Of a DNA stretch of 64,000 bases, positions 48,929 to 62,140 are shown piece by piece (positions within the stretch are counted from its first letter, which is position 1; the number at the start of each line of letters is the position of its first letter). This DNA is from Paecilomyces variotii. Taxonomy: Eukaryota. Made by a program: the position numbers and the translations under genes. The DNA lies in the NCBI GenBank assembly GCA_004022145.1, contig RCNU01000021.1; one strand, 5' to 3'. Under the pieces are notes generated by a model, which was not told the DNA's origin, made no database searches, and saw only the letters and a list, made by a program, of their open reading frames with translations.

Positions 48929-50864
48929 TCAGTGCATAACAACAGCCACATGATCATCTATATACTTCTCAATATCTCCGAGGAAGCACGCAGCCAGAAT
49001 ACTCACACCTCCGAACGCAATGCTTGCGAGATAGACGTATTTATAGCTTTCTGCATAGGCAACTTGGCCTGCTTTTACCACTATATCATAGGCGGTCTCG
49101 TTCCCCGCAATTCCTGGGATCCCCTTGAGTCCTTCCAACAAGCTGGAACCTGTCAACTTGATAGCCTCCTCAATATAGGTGATATTAGTAATGTGCAGCT
49201 CCAGCTCCATAGTACCACCGATGTATTTAGTCGCATTAGGAATAAACTTCCCAATAAATACGTTATAGTATGTCGCATACCCGACTGTGCCACCAACCAC
49301 TCGAATAGCTAGGGTAAGTGCAGCGACAGATCCGATAAGATCATCGGGACAAATAATGGTGGAAATAATCGAGGCTGGAACCACAATCCCACCAATTCCC
49401 AGTCCAGCAAGAACCAGGAGACCCCACATTGTATGGAGATTATCGACAGTGGCGCATGCCATTGAGCCGCAACCTAATCGACGATATCTCTGTGAGTATA
49501 ATACAACCACAAAAACTTCAGAACAGGAAGCGTACCGGCCGTCATTACAATGCTACTAGCAATCATTAATTCCCGATTGCGGCCACGGAGGACAGAGAGC
49601 ATCCATAGAACCACACAGGCACCTGTGAGAATTGAAACTCCGATTGGGAGACCTCGGATGCCAACACCAACAGGGTCATGGCCATACACGTTGAACGCTT
49701 GCGTAGGCCAGAACATAATGACCGAAAAGAAATTGGCACCTTGGTTAACCGTAAGTACTATTGCCATCTTATGGAGGAGTACTGGGCACTGTTATACCTG
49801 AGATGAATGTGATGACAAGGGTCAATGCGAGCACCCGCGGTTCCTGTTTGAGCCGAGAAGGAAACATGGGGTACTGAGCACCGTATACTTCCCAGACGCA
49901 GAAGGTGGCTATGAGTACTACGCCCAGAAGCAACGGTATGAGGACATGGGCGGACGTCCATTTGTACTTTTTGACGCATTGTCAGTAAACTGCATTTCTC
50001 AGTGCAGTGGCCAGGAGAAACCCTTACCTGATAGCCTCCCCATTGAAGCCCGGCCATGAAAAGAACAAGGCCTGAGATGCTGAGTATTCCCCCAACATAG
50101 TCAATTTGAGCAAGGACTTGCTTTCTATTGAAGCCACGGGTATTAGGCCTCGGGGGTGGGAAATAAAAGAGCGCCGTCATAATCAATCCTACGCCAGCCC
50201 ACGCTCCGCAGAGTGCACCACAGTATCGCCATCCTGCATAGGCGGAAATTAGCTGTCCCCATAGAACAGAGGGAGTGAACGGAAAAATAGTGAAAATAAG
50301 AACAGCGACGTATTTGCCGCGCTTTCGTGTCGGTGCGAGCTCTGAAGCTACAGCAAGAGCAGTTAGTTCACTGACGCCAGCACCTGCACCCGCAATTGCC
50401 ATTCCGCTGATAAAGATATTCATGGTATGTGCTGTGCTCGCAACAATCATCCCGAGACAAATAAACGTTGAGCCAGAAAGTGCTACATATCGACGACCAA
50501 TCAAGTCCGAAAGAGAGCCAACAAAAGGACACACAGCCGCCAAGGCGAGTAGATTGGCTATAACGAACCAGATCCATCGATCTGCACCCCCAATGTCGCT
50601 ATAGATAATCGGAGGGATACCCCCGAAGATGTAAACTGGAATCTGACTACCCGTCCAGAGAAAAGCCATGGCAATCAGGCTCATCACGCGACGGAAAGTC
50701 ATCGGCGGTTCGTCATGATGAGCAGACAATGCAGTATTTATGGGACAAGAGTCCTCCTTCTCTGTGTCATTTCGAGAACCAGGAGTGTCGGATGTTTCGA
50801 TATGTTTGATATCGCTTGGTGTCTTCCCGTGCGGGGAAGAGTAGATATCACTATTTTGTGCCAT
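48929..50864 (-). CDS. TRI12-like MFS transporter, about 4 exons
   Basis: AMAFLWTGSQIP, GSLSDLIGRR, ELAPTRKRG, FYFPPPR and AYAESYKYVY motifs. Confidence 0.88.
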
Positions 50865-52035
50865 GACAGGCAACCAAGCTGTTCGCCACGTAGAGCAGCA
50901 TACACAGCACTTTTCAATTGAGTGATAGGGAGTTAGAGAGGACGCGAGGTAAAAAGAGGATCGACAGAGATTGTACACGTTATATGTAACTGGTGTAGGT
51001 AGGAGCTAAGAGAACTGGAGGCTAAGCACAGTGAGATCGGCGTCAGGATGAACATCTTAATGTCTCGGGGAGGCCGTGTGGCGGGGAATGAGCCCTGTGT
51101 GTTGCGGGGGACGTGATGCCAATACGAATTAAAGCACGTACTATTGGAGGGAAAAAAGACTCCGTTTAAGAGTAACCCATATTCAGAGGAAAGTACTAAG
51201 GCCTCTTTGCGCGACGCTGTCAAGACCTGTATGAACCGAGGTGTTGTCGATGGCCGCTAGCATAGTAAAGATGGCGTATACGTTTTGTAGAGAGTAATTA
51301 TGTATTTTATGTCAAAGATACGAAAGGCTATCTATTTCGTAAACTACAATCACTGCAGCTGCTAGATAAAAATAATAAGATGTAATGAAACGATCTCGCA
51401 GACCTTGGTTATACCTCATCCATAGTTAGAAAGCATCTCCCTTAGATCTCCTAGCATCTATACGAACATAGTGCCTCTCAAGTCACAGAGGCAGATAAGA
51501 GTTAAAATCGCGGGCTGAATTAGTGGTAGTAGTATCTCATTCGCCTGCGGGCAAAACTCGTTGGGTGTTCTTGAGAAATCACAGATCAGCATAGCGCTTT
51601 TTTCTTTCCTTCGCGCCTCCAGCTATGAAGCGATGTCCCCAACATTTTAGCATTCTGTATGTTGCATTCTGCAATAGCAGGAATGTGTCATGATAAAGCA
51701 TGGAATAACAAAGCAGGAAATAGTATATTGCGCTAGCATCGGACTGGAATCACTAGATCGAATGGGCTTTGTATCCGCAGCCCAATGTGACCAACGCCAC
51801 AAATCCCTTGTTTTCCAACCTACGCTAAAGAACCATAAACAAAAGAATATCCCTGTCATTCGGAGCTACAGTTGTGGAGGTTGAGGGGCTCAATCGCGAG
51901 TGACTTGAAATGCGGGGGAGAAGATTAAATTAGGGTTTTCGTTAGCGACCTTGCTACTTAAGTTTGGCAGAGCAAGCTACCAGGCAGCTTCCCATATTAA
52001 TTATACCCTAGATATTCGACCTGGAAAACAGTTAC

Positions 52036-52893
52036 CTAAGTCGTTAAACGACGTTTCTTACTATGGGATAAATATAGAGTGGGACCAACGCGAAGTTGAA
52101 AAACAAATGTATCCTCATATGTGTCGTCACATAGCTCCCACACGGACTCCCATTTTTCAGGAGGCACTTTTGGTTGGTTAGCTCTCTGTTGCATACCAGA
52201 AACTAGAGGCATTAATTCCTCGTAAAAGATAGTATTATTTTGGCCGACGCGGTCTATAATCGCCGTCATAGTAATATGCGGCCGAATAGGATATCCATCC
52301 TTTTTTTTTTGGTCTCCAGGATAGTATAGGTTCTCCAAAAACCAATTGCCTTCGCCATCTAGGCCTCCCCCCACAGAAACGGGTCCGGATGGCTGTAACT
52401 TCAATCAGTCATCAAACAACTTGCTTATTTTTCTAAATTGTACCGACTTACCTTATCGCACCCAGATTCCTATATTCCCCCAGATTGCCGCAGGACTTGG
52501 GCAGGTTCTCCCTGGACGGCTTGAAAGCAAAATAGGTTATGTATTCTGAGATTTCTATACCACGAGCTTCTGAAGTCCAGGCAAAGTCGAGATGTCCTCC
52601 AGGCCTCTCAGGTTCAGGCCTCTCAGAAGGCTCCAGGTACTCCTCAAATGGTCTTAGTTTTTGTCGCGGGGGGTGTCTCCTGAGCTCTGACAAGGCGGGT
52701 CGTCGACAGTCATGGAGACATGCCCGAGGGGGTCTATCTCCAGAGGATGGACCCTAATATTGAGCCGCGTAAGAATGTCATCACCAATAATTCCTGTTTC
52801 CTTCGAGACACCGAGCTCTTCGGGGTGATCCAGAGTCTCCCTTAGGGCATTTAGAACGTCGCGCGCCTTTTTCATCGGCGTTCTCCTCGGCAT
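52036..52893 (-). pseudogene. Frameshifted/truncated hypothetical fungal gene
   Basis: Three consecutive minus-strand ORF pieces, with a frameshift near 52690 and a GT-AG intron near 52452-52400. The last piece contains RPHITMTAI...EELMPLVSGMQQR and ends abruptly. Confidence 0.4.
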
Positions 52894-53919
52894 TCTGAAG
52901 TAAAGATGAGAAGCGTGGGGGAATTTGAATAAGCAATCTTGGAGGTGAGGAGCTGAAGATAATGAAAAGCTCGAAGCTCTATTTATCGAGCTACGTGCAC
53001 CGACTTCTGACTATGATAGAAGGCGACGGCGATAGCAAACAGGTCCTAGGTAACGGCTATAGCCTACAGGGACCCAGAAAGTACTAAGAATTGTGATAGG
53101 AAGAAGAGTTCTCAGATGGTAAAAAGACTGGGCGGGGCATGTAACACTAGGGTTTTAATATATGGTATTCACTGAAGGTAGCAGGGCGGAAAATTAGCTA
53201 GGCGGCGACATTCTCCGCTTAGCGATAAAGGGCGCGGGCGTGTTGCCTTGTAGAGCTTACATATTAGGACTTCACTCTTTAAATCCTATTACATATCTGA
53301 CGACAAGCCACAGGCTGCGCGTGAAGTTATTGATATTCTACATTAGATCTCTACGTCGCTGGTAAGATCGCCATTCTCCAGAAATTCCCCGCATACTATG
53401 TATGCCTGGGCTATGTGAAGCTGTGTTCCTCTGTCTCTGGTCGAAGTAATATGAGAGCTGATAGTGTTTCGTTGTTAGAATACACATCTCGATCGAACGG
53501 AGCTTTCTCTTTGCGTGTCGCTGATTGAGAATGGTGCCAATATGGACGCGCTTGCGGTGAGTTCCTTGAGGCAATGCTAAATATGTTTTGGTTAGGTAAG
53601 AAACTGACACGCGTATGCCAAAGGCTGTCATACAGGATCCGAGGAAAGCAGCGCCCATGACGCCAGTAAGACGAGGCATATCTGGTAGAGCGGACTAAGG
53701 ACGGGGAGTGCAGTGCGAATACGGTTTTTACACGGCTGGCGTTTACGGTGCTACGATGATTATTATTCCAACTCGGGAGATACCATTCACGTTCTCATTT
53801 CAGAAGGTGGGAGTACTCAGGGTACAGACGGAGCTTATGAGATGATATGACCACCTTTACGCTGAGTTGTATGTGCAGGCTGCAGCAGAGTCGTGAAAGG
53901 AAATAGATATTTGAGAAAT

Positions 53920-54135
53920 ATATCATCCTTCGAGCTGGATCCGATCTCGCCAGCTATCGCTTCGGTGGTGGCTTGTTTCACACGGCCCCCTTCGTCTGCA
54001 TTGGAGTCTTTATTTTTCGTTTCCTTTTCATCGTCCCTGTTACCAAGGCTGGAAGAGTTGTGTTCGCCAACAGGATACGGGTCAGCGGCAGCCAAAGGCT
54101 GCCATTTTCTGGACTTGCCTCCAGTAGAGATAGTC
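53920..54135 (-). pseudogene. Isolated fragment resembling the C-terminus of a Cue5-like CUE-domain protein
   Basis: STGGKSRKWQPLAAADPYPVGEHNSSSLGNRDDEKE...RVKQATTEAIAGEIG resembles the Pezizomycotina Cue5-type tail (KWQPL...DPFSLGDSDDE...ATAEAM). Recognised from memory only. Confidence 0.45.
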
Positions 54136-54568
54136 ACTCGCAATGCCGCAAAAGGCGGTTAAGAGAGGAAAGTCCAAGGCAGAAACCCTTCGTCCCCTGT
54201 GAGTATCTCATTAGGGCCTCGCAAATGGATCAACATGACCAGTACAAGTTTGAACGCTCGCCCTGTTCGCAGTTAGTGGCATGATTTGTAGCAAAAGTTC
54301 TATAGAGTTGACTGTTCCATCTTCGACTGCGCCATTCTGGAATTCTTGTCCATTTTCCTGGATCCAGCAGTGAACAACTCGGCAGTCCATAGGCTCTTGT
54401 CACATTTTATTCACACCACATATACTAAGAAATAGCTTAGATGAGGAATGTTCCATTACAGACTGCAATATCTCGTCAGTCTATCCAGAAGACCTTTCAG
54501 GGGTGGTCACGAGGTGGCTGTGTAACCATATATATGAATTATCAGACCGATACCTGGTACAATGGGAG

Positions 54569-56812
54569 CTAGAAAACATCACCACTGAAAATATCTTCCT
54601 GTCTACCTAGATAGAAGAGAGGGATATGCTCAATGGGTGCAGGTACTGTCACGATTTGCCCACCTGCATATGTCTCGTTGGTCCACCAATATGTCCACGG
54701 CTTAATCTCTCTCGTCCCAATTTGCGGCAGATACACCGACCACTCAGTCACGTTTGGGGTTGTTACCGGCGTGACAAGAAGCCTAGGTCCAAACATGTAT
54801 TGTTGAGTCGTGGCATTCGTGTTTTTCCGAGTCATTTCCGCTATATGAGGATCGGTACGCTCGAAGTCCATGTATAGCGGCCTCATAATCGACCGGCCAG
54901 TCTGGTGGAACTGGTCAAAGATGGTTTGGAGATATGGTTGAAGTTGGTAGCGTAGTTTAATGTAAGAGACGATTATAGGAGTGTTTGTCTCGCCATATGA
55001 CCATGGCTCATTGCTACAGGTATATGCGTTTTGAGTGTTACACTCTCGGGAGCCATGGGTTCGCATAAACGGCAGGAAAGTCGCCCATTGGAACCAACGC
55101 ACATAGAGTTCGCGATACTGAGGCGTATCTATATTTGCACTCCAAGGCACAGTTGGATCAGCCTGGAATCCACCCGCGTCCATTGTCCACCATCCCCATC
55201 CGGTTGCAGCGGCAGATAACCCACTGGCCACCTGCACGGCAAGGGTATCCCAGACTGATGTCGTGTCCCCAGACCATATCATGCTGCAGAAGCGCTGAGA
55301 GCCAATGTATCCTGACCTGCTTAGGCTGATATGTTCGCATTCGGTGCCCATCTTGGTCTCGGTAACATTGCGAAAGCCTTCTTCGATGGCTTGCTGGTGC
55401 GCCCAAGGATATAACTTGCCGGCACTGAATTGTGAGCCCACCGCATACAGTGTGTTGGGTAGAGTGAATGGGATGGACTCGATGTAGCTACTTTGTCCGT
55501 TGTTTTCGTAGGCTTCACCTAATGCTCCGCCGTCTGCCTGGTCGATCCAGAAGTTCTTAATCCCCTTCTCATAATAGTTTCTCTTCAGTGTTTTCCAGAG
55601 GAATTCTCGTGCTGCCGGATTTGTCGAGTCATAATTGCGGATATATGACCCATTCCAGGAATCAGTAGTACCAGGGCCAGATCGAGTTGCAGATAAGAAG
55701 CCATTAGCGATTAATTCGAGATAATTGTCGCTATCATCGGCCACGCTGGGCCACAAAGAGGCCATCATTTCCGCTCCGGTTAGATCTTTTACCTTTTCCG
55801 CCATTGATGCCACATCAGGCCACAGGCGCGGGTCTAGTTGCCAGTCTCCCTGATGAGCCCAGGACTGGTAGTCGATAACAATTAAGGAAACAGGAATGTT
55901 GAGATCCTTGAAGCGTTGTGCTAGAAGTTCAACCTCAGTCTGGTTCTCGTACCGTAGCTTCGACTGGATAAACCCTAATGAAAACAGTGGAGGAGGAGGA
56001 GCACGCCCAGTCAATGCCGATAGGCGTCGCTGGAGGGTATCATAATCTCCTGAAGGCGCAGCAACAATCACATAGTCGACAACAGTAGCTAAGTCTGCTG
56101 TAAATTTGTTGCGTACCGGACCAAACTCCATACGACCTTCAGATGGCATGTTCCAAATAAATCCGTATCCTTTATTGCTCATAAATACCGGGGTAGGGAT
56201 ATGGGTGTTGAAGTTGATCAGATCAATGACCGAACCCTTCTTATTAACCATATGATCCTGCTGCGTGCCCGTTCCATAAATCTGTTCATCAGGTGTCGTG
56301 CTGAACGAGAATTCGGCAGAAAACTCACTACCTGGTCCTGGCCAACGATAATATCGAGGGTTGATTGACTTTAGGGGCGCATACTCATTCGTCAACAACG
56401 TCTCCGACTCGTTCTTTTCAACACGGTAGAACGCCAATCGATATCCTCCAGGGTTACCGCCCCATCCAGATGTCCTCACGATAATGTTGCCGTTGCGAAT
56501 CGCCATGGTACGATTACCATTGAAGGCAGTGTCGAAGTTCATTCCATGGGCTTTTCCATTTTCGAATCCTTCTAGGGGCGGGTCGTAGATAAAGCTGATC
56601 TCGTTCCCAGTCGGCGGCCGATAGGGCCAGGCTCGCACACGGAAGCCATCATATCCAAAAGGTTGAACCAATATTGTCTCAAAACCGTGCTGCATACGAA
56701 ACCCTGTGGAGTTTGGCATGAAGTATTCCAGGTCTCCGGCTGGGATGGCGTTGGCCCACACCAGTGGGATAACGGAGATTCCCAGTACCCAACAGAACAC
56801 AAATTGTATCAT
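54569..56812 (-). CDS. axlA: Secreted GH31 alpha-xylosidase (A. niger AxlA-like)
   Basis: Signal peptide; PNSTGFRMQHGFETILVQPFGYDGFRVRAWP; nucleophile motif FWIDQADGG; acid/base motif IWSGDT. Intronless, 747 aa. Confidence 0.9.
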   Translation of the reverse strand: MIQFVFCWVLGISVIPLVWANAIPAGDLEYFMPNSTGFRMQHGFETILVQPFGYDGFRVRAWPYRPPTGNEISFIYDPPLEGFENGKAHGMNFDTAFNGNRTMAIRNGNIIVRTSGWGGNPGGYRLAFYRVEKNESETLLTNEYAPLKSINPRYYRWPGPGSEFSAEFSFSTTPDEQIYGTGTQQDHMVNKKGSVIDLINFNTHIPTPVFMSNKGYGFIWNMPSEGRMEFGPVRNKFTADLATVVDYVIVAAPSGDYDTLQRRLSALTGRAPPPPLFSLGFIQSKLRYENQTEVELLAQRFKDLNIPVSLIVIDYQSWAHQGDWQLDPRLWPDVASMAEKVKDLTGAEMMASLWPSVADDSDNYLELIANGFLSATRSGPGTTDSWNGSYIRNYDSTNPAAREFLWKTLKRNYYEKGIKNFWIDQADGGALGEAYENNGQSSYIESIPFTLPNTLYAVGSQFSAGKLYPWAHQQAIEEGFRNVTETKMGTECEHISLSRSGYIGSQRFCSMIWSGDTTSVWDTLAVQVASGLSAAATGWGWWTMDAGGFQADPTVPWSANIDTPQYRELYVRWFQWATFLPFMRTHGSRECNTQNAYTCSNEPWSYGETNTPIIVSYIKLRYQLQPYLQTIFDQFHQTGRSIMRPLYMDFERTDPHIAEMTRKNTNATTQQYMFGPRLLVTPVTTPNVTEWSVYLPQIGTREIKPWTYWWTNETYAGGQIVTVPAPIEHIPLFYLGRQEDIFSGDVF

Positions 56813-59389
56813 TGTGTCACGTTAGGTTTTTTAATAATACAACGTTTGGAAATTCACCGTTCGTCGAGAGCTATTTAAGATTCCCAGTACAAATTTATCC
56901 GATATATTAGCCTGATCTTCCATGGTGTGTCATATTTCTATCGCTGCAGAGTGTACCTGATTGGGGGACAAATATTTCAAGGCGCCGTGTTGACTGGTTT
57001 TATTTCTCCGCATGAGATGTTCGGAACAGCTTGGGCCGAGAGACCGTCATCCCAAGTCAAAAAAAAAAGAGGTGCTGCTCCGGCTTTAACTAACTAGAAT
57101 CTAGAATTTACTTTGAATAATAATGCTAGATTGCTAGATACATAGCTATCTACGACCATTATATACTAGCAATCATAGTCCCGGTGGAACATGTCATGTA
57201 TGTAGATAGATGCTGGGATGGCCTTAAAGGGCTAGGGTCTTCTGGTACTAGAAAATCACCATGAGTGTGCGCTGCACTTCCAGTAAATATCGCATTGACC
57301 GGCCTTCTTGTGTTTTTCTCGTGAGATTAGGTGTTTTGAGTGCATCATGTTCTTGCGCCGCTGTATATTTGTCTGTCAGTGAGACTTTCCCAGTATAGTG
57401 TATTTTTCCCACGAACGGATCTCATTCAGAAATCCCTAGCAATCTCTTGATTACGGAGGACATTTCCTCGGTTTCGACAAAGTGATACCCTTTTCTGTAT
57501 GGGTAAAATTCTGCGTTCGATCTCTTTGAAGAGACACAGAGAACCATCCTGATGTCGACCAGAGTATATGAATAAGAGTAGATATTGATTTAGCAGAAGG
57601 CAAGATTACAAGGATTTGTCTTCGTGAATGCTCATCAATCACATTTGCAGCGCACGGGCCTCAGGTCTCTAAGTAGATGACACTTCACTGCGACAGTCAC
57701 TCTGGACAGGCCAGATCCCATTGACAATAAATAGTTGCATGCCGGATGACAATTGTATAAGGAAACGGTGATGATTCGGGATCAAAATTTTACAGAGAAT
57801 GTCAGGGACCTACTAAGGGCATGTGTATACAAATTCTCCCTTGTATTCTGCGGCAGTAGTTGCTATGGTTGTCTTCCATTATGTACTACGCCTTCGACGA
57901 AGATCATAACGGAGCAGCGAAGAATCGACTATGGTACATACTCAAGTAAGCCAACATGTCTGTTTGTGAATTGCGGTATCCTCATATACACTGATGTTTT
58001 CCGGGATCTTGCGCGAGCTACTTAGTAAGAACCTTATCGAGAGCAAGAATGTACTCTTGTTTACTTGTATAGAACAAAAGCTCTGACTAGATATGAGCGG
58101 GCATGAACTGGTCGCCATACGCCAAGGAGTCGAAACCTCGTGTGTAATGACCGCGTAGACAAACATGGGTTCGAACGACAAGTGTAGGGTCGAGTCGATT
58201 TGATCCGTACCAAGACCCTAGCCTAGACATATTAATATTATTCCCTGGATGTTTCAGTTCCTGCAATCACTTACTTTAGATTTGCTAGCATTAGCGCTGC
58301 GATGATCTTATGGGGCAAATACGCGATAACTGGATACATGCGGCAATGCCTCCGGCGGCTCGGATACTTTTTTCACATAAGAAAAAAGGAGGGAAATAAC
58401 CCTAGATAGCTTTCATAGGCGTGTCACTATGCCCTATACTAAGTGGATAGTGCAGATATGAGAGACCAATAGATGATATATCAATCGAGTGATGGAATAC
58501 ATCTATGGAACCGAAAACTATTCATGGGACATTTAGTCTTCTTTGTTCCTCCATAGAAGGGGAACATATCTGTTCTAGAACAACTAGCAACATATGCAGA
58601 TCAGGCCGTTTTTAGCCGTTTTTATGAAATAGCAATAGCAATATTTGATCCTTAGGCATGTCTAAGAAGAAGGACTGCACGTATGTATGGCAACTATGGA
58701 GTACATAGTCAAAAGTACATACAAAACAGGGGTACAGTAAAGTTCAACCGGTCCTATGCACCAGCATGTAAGTTTTTCTTTGGCAGCAGACGAGAACGCT
58801 TGGCCCGGTAGCGCTTTGAAGTGACAGGCGAGAGATGGTTTGACGAGATATGGATAAACTTTTCGACTACGACACTTATGCACTTTTCGTGTGGAGCTTA
58901 CAAGGCTAGCTAGACCTGTGCTCCAGTGAACGACCTAGATAGTCCGCAGTCTCGGTAGAGACAGGTACAGTCAAACCGGAAAACTGGAACAGCTTTCCGT
59001 CCAACGGCCCTGTCACCTTTTGGATGATGGCCTAGACTTTTTGTGCTCCATAAGTACCTGCTGTAGTCTAATAATATTATTATGTACACTTCTAACCCCG
59101 TATTATTAACTCCGGATACAGACTCGCCGCTGTCACGTTAGACTAATGAGCAGCCGAGCCCAGTGGCTTCGGCTGTGAAGCCCAAGTGCATCAAGTTTTA
59201 GTAACTAGCGGATTCTACCGTTAAGTTAGTAAGTCGTAAGTCGTACAGTACTTCTGTCACAGGTCATTTTTATTTAATAATTAACAAGAGGCCTGATCAG
59301 ATCTCAGATCCTCTGTGACCGCCTCTTGGTCGCTCGATCCGTTCGTTTCCTTCTTTCTTTATTTTGTTCTATATGCCCCTGACCGCAAA

Positions 59390-60722
59390 ATGACCCGTGT
59401 GTTCGAGAATGCGTCCAATCTTCAGCCATGGTCGATAGCAACTTGTGTTTCGGTGACGGGACTGGCTTTCGTCACCGTATGCTTGCGTCTGCTTTCTCGC
59501 TACGAACGGAAGCAAAAGCTCTGGTGGGATGACTACATGGTCATCTTCTCCATGGTCCGTATTATTCTCCTGCAGTCCCTATGATTTCTGTCAATACCAA
59601 AAGGATCTGGATTGCTGACAGACAATGGCCTTGTAGGTGTGGAACATCATGGTATTGGGATTCATCCTTGGAATGATCAAGTATGGCATGGGTCTTCATG
59701 CAGACACTATTCCACCCGAGCACGTCGTCATGATCGCAAAACTCCTTGTCGTCGCGGAGGTTCTCTACGTTTATAATCTAGTGTGGACAAAGATTAGCTT
59801 CCTGCTGATGTACTACCGCATCTTCCATGTGCCCTATTTCAAGAAATGGGCCTATATCATCGGTACCTTTGTCGTCCTCTGGGTGATCACGATCATGTTC
59901 GCATTTATCTTCATTTGTGTCCCCGTGGAGAAGCTGTGGACTCCTTCATTGCCAGGCCATTGCATCAACCAGGTCGGCACGTGGATTGCGAACGCTTGCT
60001 CAACGATCGCCACCGATCTGGCCATTCTCGTCCTGCCCATTCCACAAGTGTGGAAACTACAGCTAGCGCGCTCCCAGAAGATCGCACTTACGATTGCTTT
60101 CTGCCTCGGCTTTTTGTATGTCTCTCCCTTCTCGGGCTCTTCTGTCGGTCCTAGTCTACTCGGTCCAGTGACCTGTTCTAACCAAAGCTGCAGCGTCGTC
60201 TTCGCATCGGCCTATCGTTTCACTGTGCTTTTCTCCTACTCCGCCCTCGATTCCTCCTATACTTTAGCGCCCACTGTCGGCTGGACCGCCATTGAAATCT
60301 CTGCAGGCATCATCTCAGCATGCTTGCCTACTTTGCGCCCTGCGTTGCAACTGTTTGCCCGGAAGTGCGGTATCAAAGGCTTCATGTCTGATCTGCGGAC
60401 CACACCAGCGACGGGCTATTCGGGGACTGGGCGTTCGAAGGGAGGTAGCCACGGGCCCGGTACGACGATCGATTCCACCACGAGCCATGCGCGATCGGAA
60501 AGCCAGCGACGCTTCTATCGGCTGGACGATGAAAGTGGCACTGGCCAGATGGAGAGCGATCGATTCCCGATCGACAGTTCGTTGAGGCCCAAGCACGGCT
60601 ACATTTACACGACTTCTGTTCTTGGTACGACTAAAAACAATGATGCAGACAGTCTGAGCGGCGATGAAGTCCCTCTGCACAGCATCCGTGTGCAGAAGGA
60701 TTTCAAGCAAGTGGAAGGATGA
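59390..60722 (+). CDS. PTH11-like rhodopsin-domain integral membrane protein, 3 exons
   Basis: WWDDY, GMGLH, TKISFLLMYYRIF, TDLAILVLPIP and WTAIEISAGIISACLPTLRP motifs. Confidence 0.9.
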
Positions 60723-61356
60723 TCGCTATCTCGGCGAGAGCCACTCCCAAGTACGTATGGTACTCTAGTATTATAACTTGGCGCAGCCCTCCCCACCAGA
60801 TCGGTTCGTGCTAGGATTCCGCCGTTCGCTGCGGGCTGTGCTCTCTTCACGGGGGAAACAGCACCCGTACATATGGGATGAACGACTGTATATAGAGATT
60901 TTGTAGCATATATCCCACCATTCAATGTCAAATTCCTAATTTTCTTTTGTTCGCCCCTTTTTCTTTTCTTTTTTTTTTTTATTATTTCCCACTCCTGCGT
61001 ATAAGGGGGCTGTGGAGAGAATGACAGCGGGAGCGGATAGATACATCCCATGGAAGAACCCGACTTGCGGGGCTGACTCAAGCCCCCCCAGTAAAAGAGA
61101 AGAGAACTCTGGATCCGGGCTATCTAAGTGTAACTAGAACAAGTTACGGGCAATAAATAATCAAAACGTGCCACGCGCCGTCCAACCCCGATCGAACCCT
61201 GTTCCCAGCCCAAGAGTACTTAGTCGCCTCGGATACGAATAGTAGTACCTAGAGTGGCTCAGTGGAAGGACCTCGTGTTTCACGATCTGGCAGTCCGTGA
61301 TGCGGCCGATCCTTTTCGTGCAGGGGTTCCCCAAGCCATGCATGCGAACAGTTAAT

Positions 61357-61380
61357 ATAATAATAATAATAATAATAATG
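61357..61380. repeat. (TAA)n microsatellite
   Basis: About 7 TAA units. Confidence 0.8.
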
Positions 61381-62140
61381 CTTCATTATTGTTATGAAGC
61401 TCAGTTGGTGACTTTGTGCGCAACATGAGTCGCGGTTCGGGTTCTCCGATGTCAAAGTGCGGACCGGGGAAAGCGAGCCGTTGAGCCAAACCAATTTTCC
61501 AGCTTCTTCTAACCTCACTTGGACAGATCTCCATGGTCAAGTTCTCGGGGCCCATCCCAAACCTGGAAACTACTGGAGACACGGCTCGTTCTCCTTCGGC
61601 TGCGGTTCGGCCCACGAAGACTGAGGCGACGAGGACATGTGCGAACGTGGTTGGCGATAATAATAATACTCGATGGTAAACTGCTGATAAGCGCGCGTCG
61701 TCTCAATGGTTTGCCGCCATGGGGATCGAATCGAGATCTATGCTGATCGCAATCGCCAGAAGGGAGGATGTTCAGACTCCAGAGACCTTCCTGGCTGCAG
61801 CATGGGACGCCTGTTCCCGCGTAGCCTCGCGAGGCTCGCTATGAGTCTGTCCACTCCGTATCTAGTGCAAGCCGGGATAGCTGATGATTTAAAAAGGCCC
61901 ACTCTCGAGGCAACTTAGGGGAAACGAACGGTCCAACATCGGATGATTCTTATCTGGTGGACGCCATGAGTGGGAATCCGTTAAACTCTCTGGGTTGGAA
62001 CCGACAGAATCCAGCTGTCAAATGCTAAGCTGCTCTTAGTAGTAAGTAGCTCACAAAGTTTTCTGATTCTTGAGCCCCCGGACGGATTTTTCTTCCACCG
62101 TCCTCTTCTCATTTGAGCTAATTCTATAGAAATACGAACA

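Noticed and set aside
57451-58883. Short ORFs between axlA and the PTH11-like gene
   Set aside because: No family could be recognised; treated as intergenic.
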